Positions 13,243-26,902 of a stretch of DNA of 64,000 nt are shown piece after piece. Below the pieces are notes generated by a model, which saw only the letters and a list, made by a program, of their open reading frames with translations, was not told where the DNA came from and searched no databases. The translations under genes were made by a program, and so were the position numbers. Source of the stretch: Schmidtea nova. Lineage: Eukaryota. Where the stretch lies: positions 247,752,001 to 247,816,000 of the forward strand of contig CM097882.1 in the NCBI GenBank assembly GCA_044892505.1, in the 5' to 3' direction. Each line of letters begins with the position of its first letter. The first letter of the stretch is position 1.

Positions 13243-14288
13243 TGGTGGGAGCGGTAAACACTGACGCAATCACCAAAAGATTGCTACCAAAGGTGTTTTG
13301 CCAAGGTGACGACTTGGAAAAGTTTTTTAAAAGATGCGAAATTTATTTCGATGCCAATGGAATCACGCAGAAGAGAGATCAGGAAAGATTAACATCTTGC
13401 ATGATTGATGATGATCTCTTGGAAGTGTATGCCAAAACACTGAAAAAAGCAGAAGGATTCCAGGCTAGGTTGCGATTGGCATTCGATCGCGAAAAAGATG
13501 TATTAAAGGATCTGCAAAGCTTGTTAAACTACAAGCGGAAGGGTGAAGAAATAGAAACATATTTTAAAAAGGTGGAGGACCTTGTTGATAGGTTGTTTGA
13601 AAATAAAGAATTTACCAAAGAGAAATTAACAGCAAAGATGTTGATAGTATGTGCTGAGAATAAAGAAGTTGAGAAAGAAATAATACTACGGAAGATAAAA
13701 AGCACTGAAGAAATAAAGGAAACACTAATTCTTATGGATAAAGTGGACAAGCAAAGAGATCAGATAAACCTTATGAAAAGTTACGCCAGAGTGGTCTATC
13801 AGGAGCCACAGAGAAGAGTACAGTACAAGCAGAAAGAACCGAGAGAAGAAAGTATGCGAAGAGAAAGACCAGAATGCTGGTTTTGCCACAAAATAAGACA
13901 CACGAAAATTGATTGTCCAATAAAAGGTAAAATAGAGTGCTGGACATGTCATAGAAGCGGACATATAAGTAGAAATTGTCCAGATAAAAAAGCTCCAAGA
14001 TGTTTTGGTTGTGGGAAAGAAGGTCATATAAGAAGATTGTGTCAGGAAATACGTTGTGAAAGATGTAGCAGAAATGGTCATAGATCCGAGGAGTGTTATA
14101 CAAAAATGAGTTACAGAAGAGCGATGGAGAGACAAAGACTCACGGGAAACAGATACAGTCGGATAAATGGTATCGAGGAAGAAGAAGAAATGGAATCGTG
14201 TGTAGAGACAAATGAAGATAATTTTAGGAAGACGTACCCAAACAACAGGGCTCCGCCAGTAGAGGAGTTGGTTGGAGCCATATACTAA
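13242..14288 (+). CDS. gag: Gag with four CCHC zinc knuckles
   Basis: CWFCHKIRHTKIDC, CWTCHRSGHISRNC, CFGCGKEGHIRRLC, CERCSRNGHRSEEC; open frame. Confidence 0.85.
   Translation: MVGAVNTDAITKRLLPKVFCQGDDLEKFFKRCEIYFDANGITQKRDQERLTSCMIDDDLLEVYAKTLKKAEGFQARLRLAFDREKDVLKDLQSLLNYKRKGEEIETYFKKVEDLVDRLFENKEFTKEKLTAKMLIVCAENKEVEKEIILRKIKSTEEIKETLILMDKVDKQRDQINLMKSYARVVYQEPQRRVQYKQKEPREESMRRERPECWFCHKIRHTKIDCPIKGKIECWTCHRSGHISRNCPDKKAPRCFGCGKEGHIRRLCQEIRCERCSRNGHRSEECYTKMSYRRAMERQRLTGNRYSRINGIEEEEEMESCVETNEDNFRKTYPNNRAPPVEELVGAIY
13243..13254 (+). promoter_or_regulatory. Primer binding site, tRNA-Leu-like
   Basis: TGGTGGGAGCGG immediately after the LTR; one mismatch to TGGTGGCAGCGG (complement of a tRNA-Leu 3' end). 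Confidence 0.6.
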
Positions 14289-14429
14289 AAGAAAATTTGA
14301 TGGAAGGGGCAGAAAAGTGGGAGAATGTAGGAAAGGTAAGCGAGAAAATATACAGGTTCCTAAGAAAAGAAATGTTTGAAGAGGAAGTGGAAAGAATTGA
14401 AACCATTGAAACGGAGTAGGCTCTTGAAA

Positions 14430-17312
14430 TTTTGTATAACAAAATGTAAGGAAGGCCTAGTATAACAGTAAGGATGAATGGGGAAAATTTCGATTGTTTA
14501 TTAGACACTGGTGCAAGAATCAATGTAATGAGTGTGAACTGTTTTAACAAGTTACGAGGACAACAATTGACGAGAAGTGATGAGAAGTGACGATGCGCAA
14601 ACGAGAGTACGATCGAGACAATAGCAAAAAAACAAATGTGCAAGTAACCATTGGAAATATTTTGAAGGAAGTTATATTCATTGTGTCGGAGAAAGTGACA
14701 CCAGATGTGATTGGAGTAGTCAAATTACAAGTAATATTTGTATTTACACTGCTAAAAATTAAAGATATCGAGGCTAGTGAAAAAGACAAGAACTATATAT
14801 GTAACATTGAAGCAAAATTTGGCAGACAAATAAAGGATGAAGAACGATTGATACGAGCGTTGGAACAGTTAAAGATCAATGAAGATAGCAAATTAAAGGA
14901 AATTATAACAAACATTGGAAACGTGTTTATGGCAGATAAATGGGATGTGGGTCGCACACATTTGGTAAAACATAAGATAGTTACAAGAGGTGAGCCGATA
15001 AACATAAAACCATATCGCCAGCCATTAAATTTGGAATCAAAATTTGAAGAAGCAATACTAAATTTGTACGAAAATGGGATTATACGGAAATGTAACTCTC
15101 CATGGAACACGCCGTTAATATGTGTATGGGAAAAAGAGGAAAAGGATATTAGAATATGCTTGGATTTCAGACAGCTGAACGCGGTAACAGAGAGGCAGGC
15201 ATTTCCAATGCCAAACATAGACGAGATGTTGGATTGGTTAGGAGGATCCGTCTTTTTCAGCTCAATCGATCTAGGTAATGCATATTACCAAGTGGAATTA
15301 GAAGAAAATTCACAAGAGAAAACAGCCTTCTCAACAAAGAACGGACAATACTGTTTCAACAGAATGCCGTTTGGAATTGCAGCAGCACCAGGTACGTTCC
15401 AAGAAATGATGACAAAAGTATTAGGCAAAATAAATGGAGCATTGGTGTATTTGGACGACATCTTGATTTATTCAAGCAGTAAAGAGAAACACTATACAAT
15501 ACTCGGAGAAGTGTTAAAAGCGATTGAGAAAGCAGGACTAAGGATTAATCCAGAAAAGTGTCAAATAATAAGAGAAATCAGATTTTTAGGACACATAATC
15601 AGCAAGGAAGGAGTACAGACAGATCCATCTAAGATTCAGGCCATACAAAACTTTGGGAAGCCAAATTGCATAAAGAAACTCCGAAGCTCTTTAGGTATTT
15701 GCAATTATTATAGAAGATTCATCAGTGAGTATGCAAAGAAGGCAATGATGTTAGAACAATTATGTAGCGGACACAGTAACAAAAAATTAGAATGGACTGA
15801 AGGAACGAATAGCGTGTTCGAGGGATTGAAATTAGCACTCACGACGGCGCCAATCTTATGTTTTCCGGATCTAAAAAGGAGTTCATTTTAGATACTGACG
15901 CTAGTTTTGATACCATCGGAGCAATACTTTCACAAAGAGATAAAGATGGAAAGGAAAGAGTAATTGCGTATGGATCACACTCGATGACGAGCGATGAGAA
16001 AGGATATTGTATTACAAGAAAGGAACTATTGGCGGTATATTATTTTTGCATTCATTTTAAGCACTATATCTACGGAAGAAGATTCACGCTCAGGACAGAC
16101 CACAAGGCAATCACGTTTATGATGACAATCAAGAAGCCGATTACTTCACAATTTCAAACATGGATCAATTATTTGAGCAGTTTAGATATAAGCGTAGAAT
16201 ACAGAAAGGGTATTAATCACCAAAATACAGACATGGTGTCGAGAACTAAATGTGACACGTGTGTTCAGTGTCAAATGGCCCACGAAGAAGCTAAGAAAGT
16301 AAAGATAAAAACCAGATTACTAGATTCGATCAGAGAAGAAAGGAGAAGCAACAACCAACATGGAATTGTAGAAGAAGAAGTACGAAAGAAAACGATGATG
16401 TCTGAAAATGAGTTACAAGAAACAATAAAGGAAATACATAGACTATTGTGTCATGCGGGAGTCAAGAAGATAGCCGATTATATGAAAGATAGATATGTTG
16501 GAAAACACCTGTGGAGTCAGATTCAGAAAATTGGTCGAAGTTGTGAGATTTCTCAAAAAACCAAGGCTATAGCAATAACAACGAAAAAAACAGTAAAGAA
16601 ACAACAATCAAATGAAATGTTCGAAATTATATTCTTGAATATATGTGGACCGTTGAAAGAAACAAAAGGACGTAAGAAGTATATATTGGGTATAATAGAC
16701 TAGTATAGTAAGTATCAAGTCTTGACAGCGATAACAAAACAAGACGAAGAAACTAAAGAAAACGATTTTAGAAAAGTGGATTTTAAGATTTGGATGCCCA
16801 AAGGAGATAAGAGTTGATTGCGGAAAAGCGTTTGAATCAGGAATGATGAGAGAATTCACAAAGATGCTAGATATTAAATTATTTTTTTCGAGTCCATAAC
16901 ATCACCAAACAAACGGTCAGATAGAAAAAGAATTCAGGACAATACGGGAGCGGATAAATGCTACTTTACAGGATAGAAGGAAGACGGATTGGGCAGAGAT
17001 ATTACCAGAAGTCGAATTCACATTAAATGCAACCAAACAAAAAACGACAGGGAAAAGCCCGGTAGAGATAGTTTTTGGAAAAAAGATTAGCAGGGAAAAA
17101 TGGTACGGGTCCAAAGAAATACCGGTAAAGGAAGAACTAGAAGGATAAAATTCAATGTAGGAGAAGAAGTGTTAGTAAAATTAGAAACACGCAACAAAAG
17201 CCAGGACAGATATGAAGGTCCATACAAAGTGATCGAGAAAGTGCATGACAGACGATACATCTTAAGAAATGAAAATGGTAAAATGATCGAAAGAAATGTG
17301 GAAAAACTTTAA
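14430..17312 (+). pseudogene. pol: Disrupted pol (protease, RT, RNase H, integrase)
   Basis: LLDTGARINV; CLDFRQLN and YLDD; LDTDASF and KELLAV; integrase core and GPY (YEGPYKV) split over several frames by stops and frameshifts. Confidence 0.9.
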
Positions 17313-17331
17313 AATTTCTTAAGAAGGGGGA

Positions 17332-17569
17332 TATGAGGAAGTTGGAAGATTTAAGAAATTTTTAATGAAAAATTTTAAAAATTAATTTAAGATTGATTTT
17401 TAAAATATAAAAATATTTTTAATTATAAAAATATTTTTTGTAAATTTGTTTAAATAACAAATTATTAAGAAAACATTATTTTGATAAATATATTTTTCTG
17501 AAATAAAAGTTACAGATTCAAATTGTTGTAAAACTGATTCTAATGTTTTAAAGGATGAAAATCCTAATA
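17332..17569 (+). repeat. 3' LTR (238 bp) of small Gypsy, preceded by PPT AAGAAGGGGG (17321-17330)
   Basis: Direct repeat of 13004-13242. Confidence 0.9.
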
Positions 17570-18209
17570 ATGATTTTTGTGATATCGTGGGCGTATTTAA
17601 AAAATAATATATATTTATATATAAAATAATTTTAGAATTAAAATGATAATAATAATTTTATAATTTTCTACAAATTTTAAATTTACAATTTTATAAAAGT
17701 TATATAATAATAAAATTTCTAATTTTTATATTTGTATGTATATTTGTTGGTATCAATGATGTTCATGACTTAGAGTCAAAATTCAACGAACTATTATCGA
17801 GCATAATCTGCAAGAATTATTCAATTTAATATTTTTACAGCATTTTCAAGTGGTCATTTATAATCCTTTATACGTTCGATTTGCGAATTCTTTCATAGTG
17901 AAGTAAAGACGACGTTTATTAAGCGAAGGTCATTGACGAGTCGGACGCATATTTCGATTTATTTTTATTGTCCGAACTTTCATGTAGTTGTGAGAGTTTT
18001 GTAAGTTAGGATATATAAATATAACTACAATATTATAAATAAAATATTCATTTGCGTCTTCGAATACCGTATTGCACTTTAAAAAAATTGTAATAAGATT
18101 CTAGACGTTAAATTAATTTGAAAAAATCCTTGTCCTTGTCCTTGGCCAAGCCACTGTTCCTCATTATGAGATAAAGTGATCATGGATGTATGGCTTCATC
18201 TGAGGCGAA

Positions 18210-21200
18210 AGTAGAGTAGGGGGAGCGCCCAAGAACAGGAACAGACCCCCCGTCCCCCTTAAAAAAATTTCCCCCCCTGTTCTTGTTTTTAATTTTTATT
18301 AAAATTTNNNNNNNNNNNNNNNNNNNNNNNNNNNNNNNNNNNNNNNNNNNNNNNNNNNNNNNNNNNNNNNNNNNNNNNNNNNNNNNNNNNNNNNNNNNNN
18401 NNNNNNNNNNNNNNNNNNNNNNNNNNNNNNNNNNNNNNNNNNNNNNNNNNNNNNNNNNNNNNNNNNNNNNNNNNNNNNNNNNNNNNNNNNNNNNNNNNNN
18501 NNNNNNNNNNNNNNNNNNNNNNNNNNNNNNNNNNNNNNNNNNNNNNNNNNNNNNNNNNNNNNNNNNNNNNNNNNNNNNNNNNNNNNNNNNNNNNNNNNNN
18601 NNNNNNNNNNNNNNNNNNNNNNNNNNNNNNNNNNNNNNNNNNNNNNNNNNNNNNNNNNNNNNNNNNNNNNNNNNNNNNNNNNNNNNNNNNNNNNNNNNNN
18701 NNNNNNNGATCTGGTTATTTTGTAAAGGATTTTTACTCTGGTTATTTTGTATAGGATTTTCTACTCCGAGATATTTTCTAGGGCAAAAATAGTTTCTGGT
18801 AATTTTGAACTGAAATTTATATTTTAATGGTAAATAAAAAACACGTGTAAATTTTTCAAACTAGTAAAATACATTGAAATTATTTTGAATAGGATTTTCA
18901 ATTCCCACAATTTTCTCGGGCAAAAAGGGACAGGAATTTCTTTTTTAAACATTGATTTTTGGTCTCGTATTTTGTAAAGGATTTTTGGTCTCGTATTTTT
19001 GTATAGGATTTTTTGTTCTGGTATTTTTGTATAGGATATTTAGTCTGGTTTATTTGAATAGGAATTTCTACTCCGAGATTTTTCTCGGGCAAAAAGGGAC
19101 TCTGGTAATTTTGAATATGATTTTTGGTCTTGTATTTTTGTATAGGATTTTTAGTCTGATATTTTTGAAAATAATATTTTGGTCGGGGAAAATCAAAAAA
19201 TTAAAAGTGGTCAGAATTCAATAATTTTTATGTCAATCTACTGAGAATTGAAAGGCAAACAAAAATGGTCAAAAATTAAAAAACATGAAAAATTGATCTC
19301 ATCAGACATATTTTTACATGTAAAAAGGGTCAACTCGGGGAATTTCCAAAAATCTAAAATATTCAGAATTCAAAAATTTTTATACCAATCTACTGAGAAT
19401 TGAAAGGCAAACAAAAAAGGGTCAAAAAGTAAAACCTGAAAATTTTGACTTATCCGACCCAATTTTTGACGTAAAAATGGTCGACTCGGGGAAATTCCAA
19501 AAAATCAAAAATGCTCAGAATCAAATAATTTTTATACCAATCTACTGAGAATCGAATGGCGAACAAAAAAGGGTCAGAAAGTAAAAACATGAAAATTTTG
19601 ACTTATCCGACCAATTTTTACACGTAAAAAGGGTCAACTCGGGGAAAAATCAAAAAATTAAAAAGTGGACAGAATTCAATAATTTTTATATCAATCTACT
19701 GAGAATTGAAAAGCGAACAATAAAGGTCAAAAAATTAAAATCATGAAAAAATCAAAATTTTATACGGAAAATGTCACTCTCAGTAAAATGGATAAAGTAC
19801 ATAAAAACGTGGGAATATTTTAAAAAAAAATTTTAAACTAAATAATTAAATCTAAATAAATTTATGATAATTAAATAAAAAAGTAAATAAATTCTATACG
19901 AATTTCAAAACTCAGTAAATAATTCACTCATTATTTTGTATTGAATTTATCGAGTAAAATGGTACATTAAATAAAAGCATGGAAATAATAAGTAAATTAA
20001 AGTTAGAATTTTAAAATAATTTGTACTGGATTTATGAAAAATGGTAAAGTAAATAAATTAAAGATAGAATTTTAAAAATAATTATGAATTTAAGGATAAA
20101 TAGAATTATAAGTAAATTAAGAATAAAAAACTAAATTAAGAAAGACGAGTTTTAATGTCATAATTTTAAAATGAATTGGTTTTAAATGAACTTTTTAAGG
20201 TAATATTTAAAAAATGTGAGAATAATTAATTATTTTTGAAATTTTTTAAAGTAAAATTTTTTAACAATAAAGTCAATGTAGAATTTTTTATCAATAAAAT
20301 CAATGTAAAATTTTTTAATTAATAAATACAAAGTAAATATTTTTTTCGTAAGTAAATATTTTTCACAAGTAAAATTTTTAACTAATAAATACAAATCTAA
20401 TTGTTTTTCAATATGATGTTTTTTAAGGAAATGATCAAATAACAACAAATAAATGTAGTAAATAAAACACATGTAAATATTGAATTTATTTAGAATAAAA
20501 AATAGTTATTAAACAAGAGTTGTTACAATTTTGTATACTAAGTTAAAAAATATCGATTAATGACATAAATTTTTAAAAATAAACGTAATAATTGAAAATA
20601 TGGAAACAAGTAAATAATAATAATAATAATAATAATAAGTAACGTCTATCAATCAATCTAAGTACCAACAATAAACCGATAAACTAACTAATAATCTCAT
20701 TACACACACAAATCAACCACTGACTAGTAACTGATCAAATGCCAACTGACTCTATCCACAAATCAACAATCGACTAGTTACTTTCCAGTTACCAACTGAC
20801 TCTATGTATTAACCAACTAGGAAATCGTTCCATGTGTCAATCTCTTCCTATTAACTATATATCAATTAATCCAATCCCCTTAGTTAACATATAGTACAAT
20901 TCCTTACTTACTAACTTTATCTATACTAACCAACTAACTAACTATACATACTAACCAGCAACTAATCTCTTACTTACTAACTAGTTCTATACATCAACCA
21001 ACTAGTTCTATTCATTATTCTTGTACCAACCAACCAACTACATTAACCAACTAACTAACTAAACACTCTAACTATCAACCAATTTCTTACTTCCCAACTA
21101 ACTCTTCTCATTAACCAACTAGTTCTATTCATTAATGCTATACTAACCAACCTGCCACTCACTCTACACACTATTCATCTATTCGCTTTTCAATTCTCAG

Positions 21201-23206
21201 TAGATTGGTATAAAAATTATTGAATTCTGTCCACTTTTTAATTTTTTGATTTTTCCCCGAGTTGACCCTTTTTACGTGTAAAAATTGGTCCGATAAGTCA
21301 AAATTTTCATGTTTTTACTTTCTGACCCTTTTTTGTTCGCCATTCGATTCTCAGTAGATTGGTATAAAAATTATTTGATTCTGAGCATTTTTGATTTTTT
21401 GGAATTTCCCCGAGTCGACCATTTTTACGTCAAAAATTGGGTCGGATAAGTCAAAATTTTCAGGTTTTACTTTTTGACCCTTTTTTGTTTGCCTTTCAAT
21501 TCTCAGTAGATTGGTATAAAAATTTTTGAATTCTGAATATTTTAGATTTTTGGAAATTCCCCGAGTTGACCCTTTTTACATGTAAAAATATGTCGGATGA
21601 GATCAATTTTTCATGTTTTTTAATTTTTGACCATTTTTGTTTGCCTTTCAATTCTCAGTAGATTGATATAAAAATTATTGAATTCTGACCACTTTTAATT
21701 TTTTGATTTTCCCCGACCAAAATATTATTTTCAAAAATATCAGACTAAAAATCCTATACAAAAATACGAGACCAAAAATCATATTCAAAATTATCAGAGT
21801 CCTTTTTGCCCGAGAAAAATCTCGGAGTAGAAATTCCTATTCAAATAAACCAGACTAAAAATCCTATACAAAAATACGAGACCAAAAATCCTTTACAAAA
21901 TACGAGACCAAAAATCAATGTTTAAAAAAGAAATTCCTGTCCCTTTTTGCCCGAGAAAATTGTGGGAATTGAAAATCCTATTCAAAATAATTTCAATGTA
22001 TTTTACTAGTTTGAAAAATTTACACGTGTTTTTTATTTACCATTAAAATATAAATTTCAGTTCAAAATTACCAGTCTATTTTTGCCCTAGAAAATATCTG
22101 GGAGTAGAAAATCCTATACAAAATACTTTAAAGATAATTTACTTGTTTAAAAAATTTACACGTGTTTTTTATTTACCATTAAAATTTCAGTTCAAAATTA
22201 CCAGAGTCTATTTTTGCCCTAGAAAAATATGGGAGTTGAAAATCCTATTCAAAATAATTTCTATCTATTTTACTAGTTTTAAAATTTACACGTGTTTTTT
22301 ATTTACCATTAAAATTTCAGTTCAAAATTACCAGAGTCCCTTTTTACCTGAGAAAAATCTGAGAGTTGAAAATCCTATTTAAAATAACCAGACCTAAATC
22401 CTATACAAAAATACCAGACCAAAAATTCATGTATAAAAATTCCCTGTACAAAAAATCCAGAGTCCCTTTTTGTCCGAGAAAATCTCGGAGTTGAAAATCC
22501 TATACAAAATAATAGGACTAAAAATCCTATACAAAAATACCAGACCAAAATATTGTATTCAAAAATCCAGATCAAAAATCCAATTCAAAAATTCCTGTAC
22601 AAAAAACCCAGAGTCCCTTTTTGCCATAGAAAATCTCGGAGTAGAAAATCCTATACAAAATAACCAGATCAAAAGTCCTGTACANNNNNNNNNNNNNNNN
22701 NNNNNNNNNNNNNNNNNNNNNNNNNNNNNNNNNNNNNNNNNNNNNNNNNNNNNNNNNNNNNNNNNNNNNNNNNNNNNNNNNNNNNNNNNNNNNNNNNNNN
22801 NNNNNNNNNNNNNNNNNNNNNNNTAATATAAAAATAAATTAATAAATAAATTAAAATAAATAAATTAAAATAAATTAATATAAAAATAAATTAAAATTAA
22901 AATTAATAAANNNNNNNNNNNNNNNNNNNNNNNNNNNNNNNNNNNNNNNNNNNNNNNNNNNNNNNNNNNNNNNNNNNNNNNNNNNNNNNNNNNNNNNNNN
23001 NNNNNNNNNNNNNNNNNNNNNNNNNNNNNNNNNNNNNNNNNNNNNNNNNNNNNNNNNNNNNNNNNNNNNNNNNNNNNNNNNNNNNNNNNNNNNNNNNNNN
23101 NNNNNNNAAATTTTAATAAAAATTAAAAACAAGAACAGGGGGTAAAAAAATTTTAGGGGGGGCGGGGGGATCTGTTCCTGTTCTTGGGCGCTCCCCCTAC
23201 TCTACT
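18210..23206. mobile_element. Non-autonomous foldback element with Polinton-type ends (AG...CT termini, 6-bp TSD GGCGAA, very long TIRs)
   Basis: AGTAGAGTAGGGGGAGCGCCCAAGAAC at 18210 mirrors GTTCTTGGGCGCTCCCCCTACTCTACT ending at 23206. GGCGAA at 18204-18209 and 23207-23212. Inverted homology continues to ~19725 vs ~21184. Contains gaps and no coding sequence. Confidence 0.8.
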
Positions 23207-24881
23207 GGCGAAAATATGGGCTGGCCAGTTACGAACAGAACAGCGATCCACCCAGGCTACTTGAGGCTTGAGGCTGGACTGATGTCAGAATGCATGGAAG
23301 TGGTTTTAATGAAGTACTTAAAAAATATAGATGTATAAATGATAAATAGCAATAAAATGATATTAGTTTATGAGAAAACGTGACAAAATTTAAAATGCGA
23401 ATTTGATTAGAAAATTATAATTTTCATAAAAGAATACATAACTTATCATATAATAATACATAGACGAAGGTTAAAATAAATCAAAATACCTAGGCCAGGT
23501 AGCAGGGCATGATCTCGCGGGCCTTTATAATTAGGAAACAAAATCAAGTTTCTTAGGAAATGATTCGATTAACGGCAGCAAGTAATTTTCTTCTAGCAGT
23601 ATTCTGGTAGAGTTATACTGGTATACTAGTTGGCAGTAAGAGATTCTGTTAAAGTTTCTCTGCTAAAAACCTCAAAATTTTTAGCAACAAAATTCATCAA
23701 CAAATCCTTCGCAAATTCTGTTGCAAATTCTCTTGAAATTTTCCTGCGAATTCTAATCTCTCCATTTTTGATGGCGGTATTTAAATAATTTTCTGCATGT
23801 TGTTTCCATTGAGGTATTAAAACAAGTTGTTCTAGAAGGAAATTCTAATTTTCTCAAAATTAATTTCAACAATTTTCCCAAAATCAAATTAATATTTTTA
23901 CATAAAACTTTGATAAAACTTTAATTAATTTATTTTTAATCCAAATTTTACTTTTGAATTAAAGTTTATTCTAATTTGATTTAATTTGCTATATTTTCGA
24001 CCAAAATTGTTTTCTTTTATATTTTTACGAAATTTTATGATAAATTCGCAATCTTTCTTCTAAAAATATGTTAATCTTTCCACAACTGAGGTCTGGGTTA
24101 TTATATGGGTTTTCTACGTAAATATTCAATGTGCTTTTGGCCCATTCTAGTTTTTACGCTTGCTTCTATTTAACCACTTCGGTTTTAATTGATATTTTGG
24201 TTAAATTAGAATCTTGCGCGATTTCTACTTGTTATGTTACCGCTTCATTTAAACCAATTTTAGTTTTGGCTCAACATTATCTTTGTTATTTGTAGGATAT
24301 TTCAATGGGGATTATTTCTATAAATTTGTATGGCTTAATCTCTTTATTTTGATACCAATTTTATTCTTTGATCAGGCTTTTCGTATTCAAAATACAAGCA
24401 ATGACCTTCCTTATTCAATTCTCGTGCGGTCCTCCGAATCACCCCTTCACTCAAATTGTGTGCTCTCTCTTGAGATGCCTTTTTCGATCGTTTTATCCTT
24501 ATCTCGATCGACTTATGAAATGCGGTTAGAATGACTACTATCTGTACTTTATGCTTTGAATTCGTTTCCTTTCTTTTGCACGTATTTAATTTTTGATGCG
24601 TTTAAACAAAATTTATTTTCGATTCTACAAGCCCAACACTATGTAAAATCAAAATTTAACATCAGCGTAAGTTTTCATTTGCTATTTTTAACTTTAAACT
24701 TATATTATAGAAACTTTTAATGTACGAAAACAATTGTGTAGGCCCTTGATTTATGAATGCTTTTAATTTTTGTCCTTCTCTGCAGTAGGTATGTATATTT
24801 TTTTCTATATATAATTTAAATTTTTATCATAAATATCTTAATTCTTGCCTGCCTGGCCCTTTATTTATGCTCTTTGGTGTA

Positions 24882-25839
24882 CACCAGTTTTAGCAGTTTA
24901 AAAGTAACTATGATACAATTAGGTGTGTACACCTACGTGTTATTCATAGTTACTTTGTTGAATTTTGTATTTATTTAGCCATGTTTTTGGAATTATTTAC
25001 ATTAAACGTAAGTAAAAAAATTTTTAACAATAGTTTATTAATGAAATTAATCCGTCTCCAAATGTTTCCATTATATTTGTTTTACACTTATTTTTATTTA
25101 ATTTTTAAATACTTTCTAGGAAATTATGATTTTTAAACCTTTTTTGGGAATTATTTTCATTTATCGTAAGTTAAAAAATCATTTTTAACTAAGAATTATT
25201 ATTATTATTAAATAAACATTTTCTATTTTTGAAATATTTTTTTTGAATATTCCAAGAAATAATTTAAATAAGCTTAATTTATTATTTCAAGAATTGCCAA
25301 ATTTTATTGTCCTATATTATCTGAGACTTCAAAATGATCTAAATTTCAGTGTAAATATGTTTAATTGTCTATAATTTGAAAATAATTAAACGGAATTATT
25401 TTTTTGGCTACTGAAAACGGAAAAAGTTTGCAAAATAATTTTCGAAAATATATGAAATTTTATATTAAAATTCCTTAAAACAAAACTTACTATGTTATCT
25501 ATTCATTTTCTCGACAATTCCCCTAGGAAATATTCCATATATTTACCAAAAAAACATTTTTAAAATAAATAAATGTGTTTTAGCCCTTTTAATAGCGTAA
25601 CAAAATGTGCCCTTAAAAGTTTGCTTGCAATTTTCATTATGTGTTGTGTTTGTTTGTGTAATTAATTTTTTCTTACTCATTGTCCATAACATAATAAAAT
25701 TTTTAAACTACGAAATATCAAAATTTAACACCAACGTAAGTTTTCATTTGCTATTGGTTATTTTAAATTTATATTACAGAAACTTTTAATGCGTGAAATC
25801 AGGTGTATTATAGAAACTTTTAATGTACGAAAACAGGTG
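24882..25839. mobile_element. Tc1/mariner-like MITE (TA-flanked); related partial copy at ~12270-12850
   Basis: GTGTACACCAGTTTT (24877) vs AAAACAGGTGTACAC (to 25844). Internal blocks such as AAAAGTAACTA.GATACAA and TATCTGAGACTTCAAAATGAT are shared with 12270-12850. Confidence 0.5.
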
Positions 25840-25974
25840 TACACAAATATTTATTATAAATTAGTTTTTTAATAAATTATTGATATCTAAATAAATGTAA
25901 TTTATGATCTAATTATATGTGCTTTGTTGTATGATCAAACTACAAAAATTAAGAGATTATATTAGTTACATATT

Positions 25975-26845
25975 CAGTGGCGTACCTAGAACTTTTGCCA
26001 CTCGGGGCGGTCTCAAATTTGCCGCCCTTTCTAAGTTAATCAAATGGTAGTTTGTATAAATTAATAAACATAAACGAACAATAGGTGGGGAACTTTTATC
26101 ATTGGATGCCACATTTAAATTAGGCAATAATAATGGAGACCGCATAAGTTGATATACCTACATATGCAACTTTTATAAAAAACATCATCAAAACTTGATG
26201 AACTTTTTACTTCTTCACTAGTATGTAAGGCAGGTCTTTCTGCTTCAACTACATTGGAAGAAGTTTTCTCGCTTTCGAGGACTACTACTTCACCAGTACT
26301 TGAGGCAACAATATTAAAATAACTAGAAGTTGATTCACAGCAGATGTATTTGAGTAGTGCTCCAGTATTCTTATTCTGTATTTCATCCCTAGACTTCTTT
26401 TTCTTTCTAAATGAAGCTCCGCTTTCCTTTATTCGTTTCATCCTACGAATTTGTTAAAAAATAAATTACAGAAATAAAACGTATAATTTGTATTTTAAAT
26501 AGCATATATATTTTTCAAAATTATTTTGTAACGTTTATTAATGGAGAAATTTGAATATAATTGCTAAATTTAAACGATTATTTATATTACTAATTGTAAT
26601 ATTATTTTAAATAATAAAAAGATTATATACAGTTCACTTTAATATTACATTTGATAGAGAATAAATATGTTAACATATTTAGAAACAAATCAAATCCGAG
26701 GTCATACCACATATAAACAACTAATTGAATACCGTTTTCATAAAAATACAATTCATAAATAGTAATTAATATGAACGTAATAAAGATTGAGCAATTTATA
26801 TTATATGCGGACCGCACCCACCGGCTTCATCTAGGTACGCCACTG
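25975..26845 (-). mobile_element. Internally deleted hAT element with 8-bp TSD TACATATT
   Basis: 16-bp TIR CAGTGGCGTACCTAGA / TCTAGGTACGCCACTG. TSD at 25967-25974 and 26846-26853. Retains a transposase-like N-terminus (MKRIKESGASFRKKKK, 26115-26441). Confidence 0.88.
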
Positions 26846-26902
26846 TACATATTATTTATGTTTAAACATTAAATCATATCAATATATTATAAATTAAATT
26901 TA

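Larger units (their letters stand above)
13004..17569 (+). mobile_element. Decayed Ty3/Gypsy LTR retrotransposon, 4.57 kb, with 5-bp TSD ATGAT
   Basis: Direct LTRs 13004-13242 and 17332-17569. TSD ATGAT at 12999-13003 and 17570-17574. PBS, PPT, gag and pol present. Confidence 0.93.

Noticed and set aside
5068-23132. ORFs containing long X runs
   Set aside because: Artefacts of N gaps.
23500-24640. Possible degraded gag-like remnant on the minus strand
   Set aside because: Only faint motif resemblance with many stops; cannot be supported without a search.
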